From NCBI GenBank assembly GCA_040326155.1, contig JBEQLE010000052.1, positions 1-30,441 of the forward strand: DNA of 30,441 nt. The letters are read 5' to 3'. The translations under genes and the position numbers were made by a program. Shown here one piece after another: positions 8,105-18,401 of this stretch. How positions within the stretch are numbered: the first letter of the stretch is position 1; every line of letters begins with the position of its first letter. Under the pieces are notes generated by a model, which saw only the letters and a list, made by a program, of their open reading frames with translations, was not told the origin of the DNA and did no database searches. This DNA is from Leptospirales bacterium. Its GTDB lineage: Bacteria; Spirochaetota; Leptospiria; Turneriellales; JAOUFE01.

Positions 8105-9061
8105 TTATTTAATAAAATCCTGTCCTAATTTTTCGACTACCCTTAATAATTGAACAGATAAAACACCTTCGCTACTACCAAGTAAGGGAACCAGTTTTTT
8201 ATACGGAACCCTGGTTGTAAGCATACTTTTTTCTTGATTTTTCAATAAATTCGAATGTTTTCTCTTCTTTTTACTTAATCGCCGAATAAAATCGATAGTT
8301 TCTGGCGGTATATCTTTATGATCGTAATCTTCATTCCAAATTTTTCTTTCTGCTTTAATTTCAGGATTATCAATAAAAAAACTATTAATACGATTTTCAA
8401 TTAGCGAAATTGCCTGGTAATTTGCTGTAAGTTTATCTTCGATGTCCCGAACTTCACTTGACTTTTTATGGCCAATTTCTTTCAGAGTCGATACAATCGA
8501 TAAGACGTTGTCTGCAGTTTTTCCTGATTTGTTAACAAGCCAATCGAGCTCTGTTTTTGTAATATCAAGATAATGGGCGTACGCAAGTTTCAATAAAATT
8601 CGATGACTGATTTTTAATTCATTTAAACCCGAGCGAAATTTATCCAGAAATTCCGTTTCGCCATCGTTGGTACCATGAGAATCAGGTATGGTTTCAAGCG
8701 AGTCAATTACATTGCCTTCAGAGTCCGTGCGCGCAAAAGATGTTGTGTAGATCTTATTTTTACGAGAACGTAAAAAATCAATGAGCATATTTCGTAAAAC
8801 AGAGAAAAACCATGTCGTGAATTTAGATTTATTGCGAAAACTTTTAATTTTCCTGCCGTCTCGCAGGTGTTCAAAAGCATATAAAAAATAATCACCAGCC
8901 TCATCATCGTCAAAATTATAATATCGAATTGAAAAATTGTAAATATCGTCTGAAAATATTTCAAAAAATCTTTCCAGTGGTTCGGTTTTTCCTTCTTGAA
9001 TTGCGGGTAGTAGATCCTGGGCAATTCCCTCTTTTTCAAGTAAATCTAAGTTTTTTGCCAT
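8105..9061 (-). CDS. ECF-type sigma-70 factor with insertion in region 4
   Basis: Region 2 (SKFTTWFFSVLRNMLIDFLR) and a C-terminal HTH (PYKKLVPLLGSSEGVLSVQLLR). Confidence 0.8.
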   Translation of the reverse strand: MAKNLDLLEKEGIAQDLLPAIQEGKTEPLERFFEIFSDDIYNFSIRYYNFDDDEAGDYFLYAFEHLRDGRKIKSFRNKSKFTTWFFSVLRNMLIDFLRSRKNKIYTTSFARTDSEGNVIDSLETIPDSHGTNDGETEFLDKFRSGLNELKISHRILLKLAYAHYLDITKTELDWLVNKSGKTADNVLSIVSTLKEIGHKKSSEVRDIEDKLTANYQAISLIENRINSFFIDNPEIKAERKIWNEDYDHKDIPPETIDFIRRLSKKKRKHSNLLKNQEKSMLTTRVPYKKLVPLLGSSEGVLSVQLLRVVEKLGQDFIK

Positions 9062-9062
9062 T

Positions 9063-10901
9063 TTATTCGACCGTTACTGATTTCGCCAGGTTTCTCGGTT
9101 TATCAACATTGCATCCCCGGTATAATGCAGTATAATACGCTATTAACTGCAAGGGAATAACTGCCAATATGGGAGATAACGATTCGCTGATTTTGGGAAT
9201 TTCAACGTAGTAATCGGAATGTTCCATAATTTCTGTATCACCTTCTGAAATAATAGAGATAATTTTTCCTTTACGAGCTTTTACTTCGAGTAGATTCGAT
9301 ATTACTTTATTACGTATTTCGCTTTGTGGGGCAATCACGATCACAGGCATATTTTCGGTAACCAGTGCAATGGGTCCGTGTTTAAACTCACCGGCGGCAT
9401 ACCCGGATGCATGTATGTAGGAGATCTCTTTTAATTTTAAAGCCCCTTCCAGCGCAGTAGGGTAGTTAAAGGTTCTACCTAAAAATACAGCGTCATGGTG
9501 AGGTTTTAAATATTCCGCAATTACTTTAATCGACTCGTCATTGTGTAATACCGATTCGATCATCTCCGGAATTTGTTGAATCTCTTTAATTAAAGAGTCT
9601 TGTTCTTCTTTTGAAACCACGCCTTTAATTTTTCCCAGATAAAGAGAAAAGAGGGCTAAGTTAACAAGTTCTGCAGTATAAGCCTTTGTCGAAGCTACGC
9701 CAATTTCGGGGCCGGCAAAAAGATGGATGGTTCCGTCTGATTCTCGTGCCATTGTCGATTTTGGATTATTTAAGAAGGAAATAACTTTTAGAAATTTTGA
9801 TTTTGCTTCATGAATTCCCGCAATTGTATCTGCGGTCTCGCCAGATTGAGAAATTCCAATAACAAGGGTATCACCGTCTATGACAGGGTTGCGATAGCGA
9901 AATTCAGAGGAGTAATCTGCATCGGTAAAAATTTTCCCGTAATGTTCGAAATAGTATTTTCCGACCAGTCCTGCAATTAACGAGGTTCCGCAAGCCTGAA
10001 TAATTATTCTACCAATGGACGCAAGGTATTCATTGTCAAAATTTAGTTCTTCGAATACAATTTCCCCGGAAGGCGAAATTCTGTTTTCTAAGATTGTTTT
10101 TATAACTTTGGGCTGTTCGAAAATTTCTTTCAGCATGTAATGTGGAAAATTTCCAATTTCATAATCTTCGTTATTAATATCTATTTTTTCAAATATTATT
10201 TCTTTAGGTTCGCCCGCCCAGGTTTTCAGCTCAATAGAGTTATTTTCCAGATAACCCCACTCTTCATCTAGAACATAATAAGCCTGTTGGGCAATGGGGA
10301 CAATCGCCGGAAGGTCTGAGGCTAGAAAAACCTCACCGGTTTCACTGTTTTTGGCAACAATTAACGGCGCCCCCGATTTGGCAAAAAAGATTTTGCCGGG
10401 TTCAAATTCGGTAATCATGGCAATGGAGAATTTTCCTTCCAGGTGGGTAATAGCATTTTTGAATGCCTGTTCAATATTTTTATTAATTGCGTATTCTGCT
10501 TCTATTAAATAGGGTATGACTTCTGTGTCGGTTTGTGACACAAATACTACCCCGGTTTTTCCAAGTTCTTTTCTCAGCGCCGAAAAATTTTCGATAATTC
10601 CATTGTGAACAACGGCAATATTACGATTCTGATTGGAGTGAGGGTGTGCATTTGCCTGGGTTGGCTCCCCGTGTGTTGCCCACCTGGTATGTCCGATACC
10701 TAAAGAGCCTTTTAAATGTGAATCGTTTAACTCATCTTCGAGTTCGGATATTTTTCCCGGTCTCTTGCGCACAACGAGTTCATCGCGGTCGATGAGAGCT
10801 ATGCCAGCGGAGTCATAACCACGGTATTCCAGTTTTTTGAGACCCACGATTAGAAAGGAGTCTACTGCTTTTGGGCCAATATACCCCACAATTCCGCACA
10901 T
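9063..10901 (-). CDS. glmS: Glutamine--fructose-6-phosphate aminotransferase
   Basis: MCGIVG, GHTRWATHG, SQSGETADT and PRNLAKSVTVE motifs. Confidence 0.99.
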   Translation of the reverse strand: MCGIVGYIGPKAVDSFLIVGLKKLEYRGYDSAGIALIDRDELVVRKRPGKISELEDELNDSHLKGSLGIGHTRWATHGEPTQANAHPHSNQNRNIAVVHNGIIENFSALRKELGKTGVVFVSQTDTEVIPYLIEAEYAINKNIEQAFKNAITHLEGKFSIAMITEFEPGKIFFAKSGAPLIVAKNSETGEVFLASDLPAIVPIAQQAYYVLDEEWGYLENNSIELKTWAGEPKEIIFEKIDINNEDYEIGNFPHYMLKEIFEQPKVIKTILENRISPSGEIVFEELNFDNEYLASIGRIIIQACGTSLIAGLVGKYYFEHYGKIFTDADYSSEFRYRNPVIDGDTLVIGISQSGETADTIAGIHEAKSKFLKVISFLNNPKSTMARESDGTIHLFAGPEIGVASTKAYTAELVNLALFSLYLGKIKGVVSKEEQDSLIKEIQQIPEMIESVLHNDESIKVIAEYLKPHHDAVFLGRTFNYPTALEGALKLKEISYIHASGYAAGEFKHGPIALVTENMPVIVIAPQSEIRNKVISNLLEVKARKGKIISIISEGDTEIMEHSDYYVEIPKISESLSPILAVIPLQLIAYYTALYRGCNVDKPRNLAKSVTVE

Positions 10902-10995
10902 ATAGTGCTTTTATTTAATACACAATCGCCTTGTCAAGGCTTTGAACGCAGGTTTGTTTGTTGACCCGAGCGAAACAACCTTAAGTATAAACATA

Positions 10996-12228
10996 ATGAC
11001 TGATTCTATCGATTCAAAAAAGTACAATACATGGCGAGACAAAATTGAAGAAACTAATAAAAAAATGAATATCGTTTTGCCTCTTAAAATGTTAAGGCAG
11101 CAAACCCATTTTATAGCCCCTGCTTCTAGATACCCTTTGCTGGAGAAAGCAGCTTTTTATGGATGCCAAAAAACCGAAGAACTCTTACAAAGGACCGGCC
11201 TTACGTTAAAAGAAGTTTTAGACACTATGCAAATTGACGAAAAAGTGGGAAGGGATATACTCGAAAATGATCCATTTGCGGGTTTAGTGCTTGTAGACGG
11301 AGAAGATGGCAACTCTCTCGATGAAAAAAGCATAATTGAGGGCAGAGAAAATGCAATTCAGATTTTTACCAGCCAGGGGTGGGGAAATTCGCTCCGATTT
11401 TACCGTCCCACTGGTCTTCTCGACATTGGAGACTGTTTCGATGATATAACAACGGTCTTATTTGGCGTCGCAACAAAGTGTAAAAACGAGTTTCCTGTCG
11501 ATGGAATTATATTGCCTAAACCAAATCATCCCGAAGAGTTACAGTGGTTGTGTGAACTACTGGGCGATATAGAGCAGAAAATCGGTTTAGCTGAAAATTC
11601 AATTCAAGTAGAGTTTTTAGCCGAATCAGCCTGGGCGATGCAAAACCTGAGTGAATTAGCCAAACAAAGTAGAAAACGCCTTGCCGGTATTATTTTTGGC
11701 AAAGCCGACTATGCCTCCGAGCTTGGTATCGAATCACTAAGCGATACACACCCGATGATACAAAATGCAAGATCGAACATTATAAATACAGCCGCCGCCT
11801 GGGGAGTTGTCAGCATTGATTCTATGACCTTTTCTTACCCTGTTGCAGACAAAAATAAAAGCCTTGAAGAAAACGGAAAAATTGTTTTGCAAAAACTGAT
11901 GCATGTTTTTAACGATACTTATGAAGCGGCGAAACTCGGTATGGACGGAAAGTGGGTAGGGCACCCCTTGCAACTCTTTGCGGCAAAACTGGCTTATCGA
12001 AAAGCGCAAGAATCCGTAGATACCTGGGTGGAACAAATAAAAGTGTATGAACAAAACTCACAGGGAGCAACGATGATTTCCGGTCAGATGGCAGATCGAG
12101 CGACGGACCGCCAGATGCGAGCCATGTTAAGAAAGGCTTTTGTCGTTGGGCTAATATCTGAACAAGACGCATTAAAATATAAAATTATTGAAGAGTCTGA
12201 ACTAAACGAATTAACAAATCACCGATAG
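10996..12228 (+). CDS. HpcH/HpaI aldolase / CitE (malyl-CoA lyase-like) family protein
   Basis: VDGEDG, GIILPK, GIIFGKADYASELG and GMDGKWVGHPLQ motifs. Likely start is ATG 10996. Confidence 0.8.
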   Translation: MTDSIDSKKYNTWRDKIEETNKKMNIVLPLKMLRQQTHFIAPASRYPLLEKAAFYGCQKTEELLQRTGLTLKEVLDTMQIDEKVGRDILENDPFAGLVLVDGEDGNSLDEKSIIEGRENAIQIFTSQGWGNSLRFYRPTGLLDIGDCFDDITTVLFGVATKCKNEFPVDGIILPKPNHPEELQWLCELLGDIEQKIGLAENSIQVEFLAESAWAMQNLSELAKQSRKRLAGIIFGKADYASELGIESLSDTHPMIQNARSNIINTAAAWGVVSIDSMTFSYPVADKNKSLEENGKIVLQKLMHVFNDTYEAAKLGMDGKWVGHPLQLFAAKLAYRKAQESVDTWVEQIKVYEQNSQGATMISGQMADRATDRQMRAMLRKAFVVGLISEQDALKYKIIEESELNELTNHR

Positions 12229-12239
12229 GAGTAAATTCT

Positions 12240-13073
12240 TTGATAGAACAATATATAAATACACCCGAGGGTAAACTCTTTGTTGCCAACTACCCCGGAA
12301 AACAAAAAAAAAATGTAGCTCTGGTTTTGCATGGATGGGGCGAAAATTCTAAATGGTATATTGACGTATCCAGAAAATTAAATAGTCTCGGTTGGTCTGT
12401 AGTTCTTCTCGACCTGCGAGGACATGGCCGTTCTTTTGGAAAAAGAGGTTTTATACACAACTGGGAAGAGTATGCGGTCGACCTTGAAGCGGGGCTACGT
12501 TATACACTTGCAGAATACACACAAGAAAAACTGTTTTTATTTGGCCAGTCGATGGGAGCTCTTGTAATTTTAAGATATTTACAAACGGTGGAAAAACACA
12601 CCCAGTTAGCCGGAGCAATATTAGCCAGCTTGCCCATTCACATTGACCTGAAATTTGGACGTATTGAAAGTTTTACAATGCGCTGTCTTAATTATATATA
12701 TCCTTCTCTGGGTATTAAATACAAATTGCCAAAAGATTTAATACGAAGTAATAAAAAAGTAGTATTAACCAGTAAGAGTAAACACTATGGACACAGAATT
12801 TTCACGCCAAGGTGGTTCGTTGAGTTCCATAAAAACATTGAACTTGCCAGAGTCACCGATTTCCCCGATCAGTTCCCCATATTGATTTTACATGGAGCCA
12901 ATGACTTGATGATCGATCTACAAGAGCTGAAAAGTATTGTCACACAACGTGGCGTGGTAGAAGAAAATATAATCAGCTACGAAAACATAGGCCATAAAAT
13001 ATTTCAAGAAAAAAAGAATAAAAAAGTCTACGTAGATATTTTGAACTGGCTTGCGAAGAATCAGGAAGTATAA
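12240..13073 (+). CDS. Alpha/beta hydrolase (lysophospholipase/monoglyceride lipase-like)
   Basis: LHGWGE, DLRGHGRS, GQSMG nucleophile motif, LHGAND and GH motifs; AGGAG RBS before TTG. Confidence 0.9.
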   Translation: MIEQYINTPEGKLFVANYPGKQKKNVALVLHGWGENSKWYIDVSRKLNSLGWSVVLLDLRGHGRSFGKRGFIHNWEEYAVDLEAGLRYTLAEYTQEKLFLFGQSMGALVILRYLQTVEKHTQLAGAILASLPIHIDLKFGRIESFTMRCLNYIYPSLGIKYKLPKDLIRSNKKVVLTSKSKHYGHRIFTPRWFVEFHKNIELARVTDFPDQFPILILHGANDLMIDLQELKSIVTQRGVVEENIISYENIGHKIFQEKKNKKVYVDILNWLAKNQEV

Positions 13074-13074
13074 T

Positions 13075-13272
13075 TTTTGTAAGGAAGGCAGGAAGGTAGA
13101 CAGGAAGGGCAGGAAAAGAAATAGATAAAGATAAATAGACAGGATTAACAGGATTGACATGTAAGAAATTAATGGAAAACTAAATTTCGAGATGTCATTT
13201 ATTCATAAAATTCTTTATAAATTGGCAAAAAATCATTTTTTAAAACCGGTCAATCCTGCCTTCCTTATAAAA
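13075..13272. repeat. MITE-like element with ~19-bp terminal inverted repeats
   Basis: TTTTGTAAGGAAGGCAGGA (13075-13093) vs TCCTGCCTTCCTTATAAAA (13254-13272), 18/19 match; related copy at 26691-26910. Confidence 0.65.
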
Positions 13273-13281
13273 CTTTCCTTA

Positions 13282-13444
13282 TTTTTTATAGCTAAGAAAA
13301 CGTAATATAAATGGCCGATCACCGGTCCCGCCTCTTAATCCTGTAAATCATGTCAATCCTGTCTAATTTTCTTTTCCCTCTTTTCCTGATTTTGTTTCTT
13401 CTTTTTTATGGCTAAGAAAACGTAATATAAATGGCCGACTACCG
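13282..13444 (+). repeat. 43-bp direct repeat, two copies 120 bp apart
   Basis: 13282-13324 vs 13402-13444, 40/43 identical. Confidence 0.8.
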
Positions 13445-13468
13445 AATGGGTTTTTTAGAAGTGTAAAG

Positions 13469-13534
13469 GTAGGGCCGCGATAAATCGCGCCCCCATACAG
13501 AATTGGTACATAGTTCGGAATGCGACCGGATTAC
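13469..13534. repeat. Convergent REP-like pair
   Basis: GTAGGG-CGCGAT/ATCGCG hairpin (13469-13498) facing an inverted copy of the 1597-1620 repeat (13512-13534). Confidence 0.55.
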
Positions 13535-13854
13535 AAATTTGTTTTCACGTTGAAATATTTACGAAGCCACAAACAAGCTTACGCTTTCGAAAAAAACTTA
13601 TCGGGCCACATTTGAGGTTAAAAACGCCGGGGCCGCAGAAGCCGTGGACAATAATTCCGAAACCAAATGGTTAAAGTGGGTTCCAACACTGACACGGCTA
13701 CTCTTCAAGGTGTACCTTTACTTTTGCCGCCCCAAAATATCTGGATCCCCGGAGTTATTTATGGTTCAAAATGCAATTGCCTCACGAGCAAAGCAGCGTA
13801 CCGACATTCAATACTTTTGGTAGGTATCAAATTGAACAGTAAAAAATGTTAAAT

Positions 13855-14721
13855 TTAAGCTGAAAGTTCAGCCATTGCTTTTTTGAAATCTTCATCGCCA
13901 GGAGGGCTACCGTGCCATTTGGGTTGATTTTCCATAAAACTGACACCTTTACCCAGCACTGTTTTAAATAAAACAATTTTCGGTTTTTGTTCTGTTTGCT
14001 CCAATGCCCAGTTAAAACCTTCGAGAGTAGAGTCGATGTTGTGACCATCAAACGTTTTGGCAAGCCAGCCGAAAGATTTGAATTTCGCTTCCAGATCTCC
14101 GAGTGACATCACTTGATCGGTTGTTCCGTCAATCTGAATGTTATTATAATCAACAAAGGCAATAATATTATCGAGGTTTCTATGAGCAATTGCCATAGCC
14201 GCTTCCCAGGTCATTCCTTCCTGGCACTCCCCATCGGAGATACAGACAAAGGTTTTTGAGGTAATCGATTGTTGTTTTAAACCAAGAGCTACGCCGCCAG
14301 CCTGAGAAAGTCCCTGACCTAAAGAGCCGCTGGAGTTTTCTATAATGGGTAAAAATTTGCGAGAAGGGTGCCCTTGTAGACGCGAACCAAGTTCTCTGAA
14401 AGTGGCAAGTTCCGCCTCGGGAAAAAACCCAACCTGGGCTAACGCTGAATACTGAACGGCGCAAACATGGCCGTTGCTCAATAAAAAACGATCACGGTTC
14501 ATATCTTCGGGGTTGTTGGTATCGTATTTTAAAAACTTTAAATACAAGGTAGCATAGATATCGGCCAGTCCCAATGCTCCACCAGGGTGCCCCGATTTTG
14601 CTTTGTGTACCATGGATACAATGTTTTTTCGTAGTTTATTTGCAAAATATTGAATATCATCATGATTTCGGTCGGCCTGATTTTTGGCCATAATCTCTTT
14701 TAAACGTTGGTCTTCACTCAC
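13855..14721 (-). CDS. Transketolase, N-terminal (TPP-binding) subunit
   Basis: SGHPGG, RDRFLLSNGH, LQGHP, GSLGQG and SDGECQEG motifs; 288 aa (split-type); GGAG RBS. Confidence 0.93.
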   Translation of the reverse strand: MSEDQRLKEIMAKNQADRNHDDIQYFANKLRKNIVSMVHKAKSGHPGGALGLADIYATLYLKFLKYDTNNPEDMNRDRFLLSNGHVCAVQYSALAQVGFFPEAELATFRELGSRLQGHPSRKFLPIIENSSGSLGQGLSQAGGVALGLKQQSITSKTFVCISDGECQEGMTWEAAMAIAHRNLDNIIAFVDYNNIQIDGTTDQVMSLGDLEAKFKSFGWLAKTFDGHNIDSTLEGFNWALEQTEQKPKIVLFKTVLGKGVSFMENQPKWHGSPPGDEDFKKAMAELSA

Positions 14722-14828
14722 TGGTTAACTCCCTGAATTTGGTACGGACAGAAAATCGGGTCAACACAAAAGGGCAATGAGAATTCGGATTATGATTGAC
14801 ATACAGTATGTAATTTCGATTTTTTTCT

Positions 14829-16649
14829 ATGCGATCTGACCAGATAAAAAAAGGGATGGAGAGGGCTCCGCACCGCTCCTTGTTAAAAGCTACGGGACTA
14901 AAAGACGAAGATTTCAATAAACCATTTGTGGCTATTGCGAATAGTTACATGGACTTTATTCCCGGACATGTTCATTTGGACACTGTGGGCGAACTTATTA
15001 AAGAAGAAGTCCGTAAGGCAGGCGGTGTTCCGTTTGTTTTTAATGTAATTGGTGTAGATGATGGAATTGCTATGGGCCATTCCGGTATGCTCTATTCTCT
15101 TCCTTCGAGGGAAATTATAGCCGATTCCATTGAGACGGTATTAAACGCTCACTGTTTTGACGCTATGATCGCCGTCCCGAACTGCGATAAAATTGTTCCC
15201 GGTATGATTATGGGCGCCTTGCGTGTCAATATACCTACCGTATTTGTTTCCGGTGGTCCAATGGAAGCGGGGAAAACCCCAAGTGGAGAAACCCTCGATT
15301 TAATCAGTGTTTTCGAAGGCGTTGGCGCCGTCAAAGAAGGCAAAATGGACGAAGCAACTTTAAAAGAGCGTGAAGATTATGCATGCCCTTCTTGTGGAAG
15401 TTGTTCTGGAATGTTTACAGCCAACTCCATGAATTGTTTATGCGAAGCTCTTGGAATTGCATTTCCCGGTAACGGAACAGTGTTGGCTACAAGTACTTAT
15501 AGAAGAGAATTATTTAAAAAAGCGGCCAACAGAGCCGTTGAAATGGCCAAAGAGAGCGAAGATGTAGAAGATTATAAACTTCTTCCTCGAAATATTATTA
15601 CACAAGATTCCCTGGAAAATGCAATGGTCCTGGATATGGCCATGGGTGGATCGACAAACACGGTTCTTCACTCGCTAGCCATTGGAATAGAAGCCAGCGC
15701 CGATTTCACCATGGAATCTATAAACAAATTAAGCGAAGTGACGCCGAATATCTGCAAAGTATCTCCCTCTTCAGATTACCATATTCAAGATGTTCATTTA
15801 AGCGGGGGAATTCATACCATACTTGGCGAGGTTCGCCGTGGAAAAAACGGTCTATTGAAAGAAAACATGATGACCATTACAGGTAAAACCATAGGCGAAA
15901 ATATTACAGATTTTGATATTCGCGATGAAAAGGCTACACAAGAAGCCATCGACATGAGTCTGGTAAAAGCCAGCAATGAACTTGGTCGTTCGGGGCTCAG
16001 CTACGAAGGCAAAATAAAACCCGAAGAGCGAAATAAAGAGACCCTGGGTTTTGACCCTCTCGATTGCATTCGCACCGTTGAAAAAGCGTATAATAGTTCC
16101 GGTGGTTTGAATATTTTATACGGGAATCTGGCACCTGACGGTTGTGTTGTTAAATCAGCCGGGGTTGACGCTGAAATGTTCATATTCGAAGGTAAAGCGA
16201 TTGTTTTTAACTCTCAAGATGAAGCCGTAGAAGGAATATTGTCAGGTAAAGTTCAAGCGGGTAACTTTGTTGTCATTCGCTACGAAGGACCACGCGGCGG
16301 ACCAGGAATGCAAGAAATGTTGGCGCCAACATCGTACATAATGGGCAGGGGACTCGGCGATAAAGTCGCGCTGGTCACCGACGGTAGATTTTCCGGCGGT
16401 ACACGAGGAGCATGTATTGGACATGTTTCACCCGAAGCAGCCGAAGGCGGACCCATCGCCTTTGTACAAAATGACGATATAATACGAATCGACTTAAACA
16501 AAAACACAATCGACTGGCAAATTACAGACGAAGAACTCGCCAAACGAAAAGCTGGGTGGAAAAACCAGGAAAAAAAAGTGGAACGTGGATTTTTAAGCAG
16601 ATATAGAAAACAGGTGAGTAACGCCGCCAGAGGCGCGGTACTAGACTAG
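14829..16649 (+). CDS. ilvD: Dihydroxy-acid dehydratase
   Basis: [36 protein letters not shown] and TDGRFSG motifs. Confidence 0.98.
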   Translation: MRSDQIKKGMERAPHRSLLKATGLKDEDFNKPFVAIANSYMDFIPGHVHLDTVGELIKEEVRKAGGVPFVFNVIGVDDGIAMGHSGMLYSLPSREIIADSIETVLNAHCFDAMIAVPNCDKIVPGMIMGALRVNIPTVFVSGGPMEAGKTPSGETLDLISVFEGVGAVKEGKMDEATLKEREDYACPSCGSCSGMFTANSMNCLCEALGIAFPGNGTVLATSTYRRELFKKAANRAVEMAKESEDVEDYKLLPRNIITQDSLENAMVLDMAMGGSTNTVLHSLAIGIEASADFTMESINKLSEVTPNICKVSPSSDYHIQDVHLSGGIHTILGEVRRGKNGLLKENMMTITGKTIGENITDFDIRDEKATQEAIDMSLVKASNELGRSGLSYEGKIKPEERNKETLGFDPLDCIRTVEKAYNSSGGLNILYGNLAPDGCVVKSAGVDAEMFIFEGKAIVFNSQDEAVEGILSGKVQAGNFVVIRYEGPRGGPGMQEMLAPTSYIMGRGLGDKVALVTDGRFSGGTRGACIGHVSPEAAEGGPIAFVQNDDIIRIDLNKNTIDWQITDEELAKRKAGWKNQEKKVERGFLSRYRKQVSNAARGAVLD

Positions 16650-17512
16650 GAATTTTTATTCTTACCAATAACCACCAATAAAATTCCGCCTAAAACCAAA
16701 ATTGTAGATATAATAAACCTGAGATGGATAGATTCTGATATAAAAAGAAAACCGCCCAAAGCAGCAATAATGGGAACCGATAATTGAACAACTGCGGCAA
16801 GGGTTACGGTTAGATCTCTCAAGGCAAAATACCAAATGCTATAACCGATACCAGATGCAATTCCACCAGACATAATTGATAGAAGGATTCCTTTAGGGGA
16901 CATCGTGATATTGTTAAAAAACAGTAAACCAACCACACAAAGCATAGGAAGTGTTATACCAAAATTATATGTGGTATCTAATACCGGGTTATTTGAATTT
17001 TTTCCTAAAATTGTGTATATCCCCCAGGCAATTCCGGATATCATCATTAAAAGAAAACCAACAAAAGAAGGGCTGGAGATGGTAGGTAAAACTATGTATA
17101 TAAAACCAAGAAAAGCAATAAGGAGTCCCAGCCATTCCAGAAGGTGCAATCGATTCCCCTTCACTAAGGCTATTATTAACATTGTAATCTGAACGGAACC
17201 GAATAAGATTAAAGCTCCTGTTCCAGTATCTAATGTAATGTACGCCAATGAAAAAGTTAATGCATATACAAATAACATGACACCGGGGAAATAGTGCAGC
17301 TTTATTGGTCGTTTTTTAAAATTACCAGAAATAATTGCAATCAGCAAAAGAACAATAGCCCCTGAGAATAACCTCAAAATCGTAAAGCCCACGGGGTCAA
17401 TATTATCATTTTTTAATGCTAATCTACAAAATATTGAATTTGCTGCAAAAGCAATTAAGGCAAATATGGTAGCCAGAAATATTTTTACAGGTTGGGTTTT
17501 GTTTTTTTTCAA
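16646..17512 (-). CDS. DMT/EamA-family transporter
   Basis: About 10 hydrophobic helices; [13 protein letters not shown] and [10 protein letters not shown] motifs. Confidence 0.88.
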   Translation of the reverse strand: MKKNKTQPVKIFLATIFALIAFAANSIFCRLALKNDNIDPVGFTILRLFSGAIVLLLIAIISGNFKKRPIKLHYFPGVMLFVYALTFSLAYITLDTGTGALILFGSVQITMLIIALVKGNRLHLLEWLGLLIAFLGFIYIVLPTISSPSFVGFLLMMISGIAWGIYTILGKNSNNPVLDTTYNFGITLPMLCVVGLLFFNNITMSPKGILLSIMSGGIASGIGYSIWYFALRDLTVTLAAVVQLSVPIIAALGGFLFISESIHLRFIISTILVLGGILLVVIGKNKNS

Positions 17513-17665
17513 ATGTAATACCGGAATAAAAAGTCTGGCTTCATTGGAATATAAGATAATACTTACAGAAAAGCAATTTTTACTGGTTTAAACCAAGGGG
17601 GCGGTTTAGGGAGGTGGTTGAGCATTTAATAGTGGCTTTAAGTCAAAGATTTGTATAAAATAGTA

Positions 17666-17694
17666 TTGACGGAGTGTCCTGAAAAGGGGACACT
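17666..17694 (+). promoter_or_regulatory. TA promoter with operator palindrome
   Basis: TTGACG-17-GACACT, overlapped by AGTGTCC-N8-GGACACT (17673-17694). Confidence 0.6.
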
Positions 17695-17701
17695 AGAAGA
17701 A

Positions 17702-18040
17702 GTGGATACCGTTCTTTTTGATAAAAATGCAAGAAAAACAATTCAAGGGTTCCCAAAAGAGATCAAACTTGAATTTGGTCGTTTATTATTATCATTACAA
17801 AAGGGCGAGAAATTAACTATGCCTACCTCTAAACCAATGGATAATGTATTTAGAGGAATGGCAGAAATAAGAATGAAAGATGAATCTTGCAATTTTAGAA
17901 TATTTTATTATACGAGAGTACTCAGGAAAATAATAGTATTTCATGCTTTTAAAAAGAAAGGTCAAAAAACGGAATTGAAAGAAATAAAAACTGGGCAAAA
18001 AAGATTAAAAATAATATTGGAAACGACGGGGGAATTATGA
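17702..18040 (+). CDS. RelE/HigB-like (Gp49-type) toxin
   Basis: MPTSKPM..GMAEIR..NFRIFY..HAFKKKGQKT motifs. Probable start is GTG 17702 (ORF track uses 17651). Confidence 0.85.
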   Translation: MDTVLFDKNARKTIQGFPKEIKLEFGRLLLSLQKGEKLTMPTSKPMDNVFRGMAEIRMKDESCNFRIFYYTRVLRKIIVFHAFKKKGQKTELKEIKTGQKRLKIILETTGEL

Positions 18041-18345
18041 AAAGTACAGCGCCGGAAAAGCTAGAGGCTAGAAATGCAACAGAACTTGCTGAAATACTGG
18101 GTTTAGATGAGAACGATGCAGCAGAAATGGAATTTCGTGCTGATTTAAATATTGCAATTGTAAAAAAATTCAAAGAATCCGGTTTAACGCATTTGGAATT
18201 ATCTAAAATCGCCAAAGTTTCTAGAACCAGATTAACGGCTCTTTTGAATTACAATTGCCTTGGTTCGTCAACAGACTTTATGCTTAAAGTATTAAGTGCT
18301 TTAGGCTATAAAGCAGATCTTAAGATCAGTAAGATAGCATCATGA
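18037..18345 (+). CDS. XRE/HigA-like HTH antitoxin
   Basis: ATGA overlap with the toxin; HTH GLTHLELSKIAKVSRTRLTALL. Confidence 0.85.
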   Translation: MKSTAPEKLEARNATELAEILGLDENDAAEMEFRADLNIAIVKKFKESGLTHLELSKIAKVSRTRLTALLNYNCLGSSTDFMLKVLSALGYKADLKISKIAS

Positions 18346-18401
18346 TTTGCCGGGTTGGTGGTTCCGAAAATGGAAAATACATTCAAATGTAGAGTATTAT
18401 T

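Noticed and set aside
10902..10995. glmS ribozyme
   Set aside because: The intergenic gap is under 100 nt, holds divergent promoters and shows no ribozyme core.
13284..13312. dif/Xer-like 11-6-11 site within the 43-bp direct repeat
   Set aside because: Only about 7/11 match to the XerD arm in AT-rich sequence, which is too weak.
13540..13852. Short ORF or possible pseudogene fragment
   Set aside because: Open stretches occur in two frames but show no recognisable family or RBS; this needs BLASTX.
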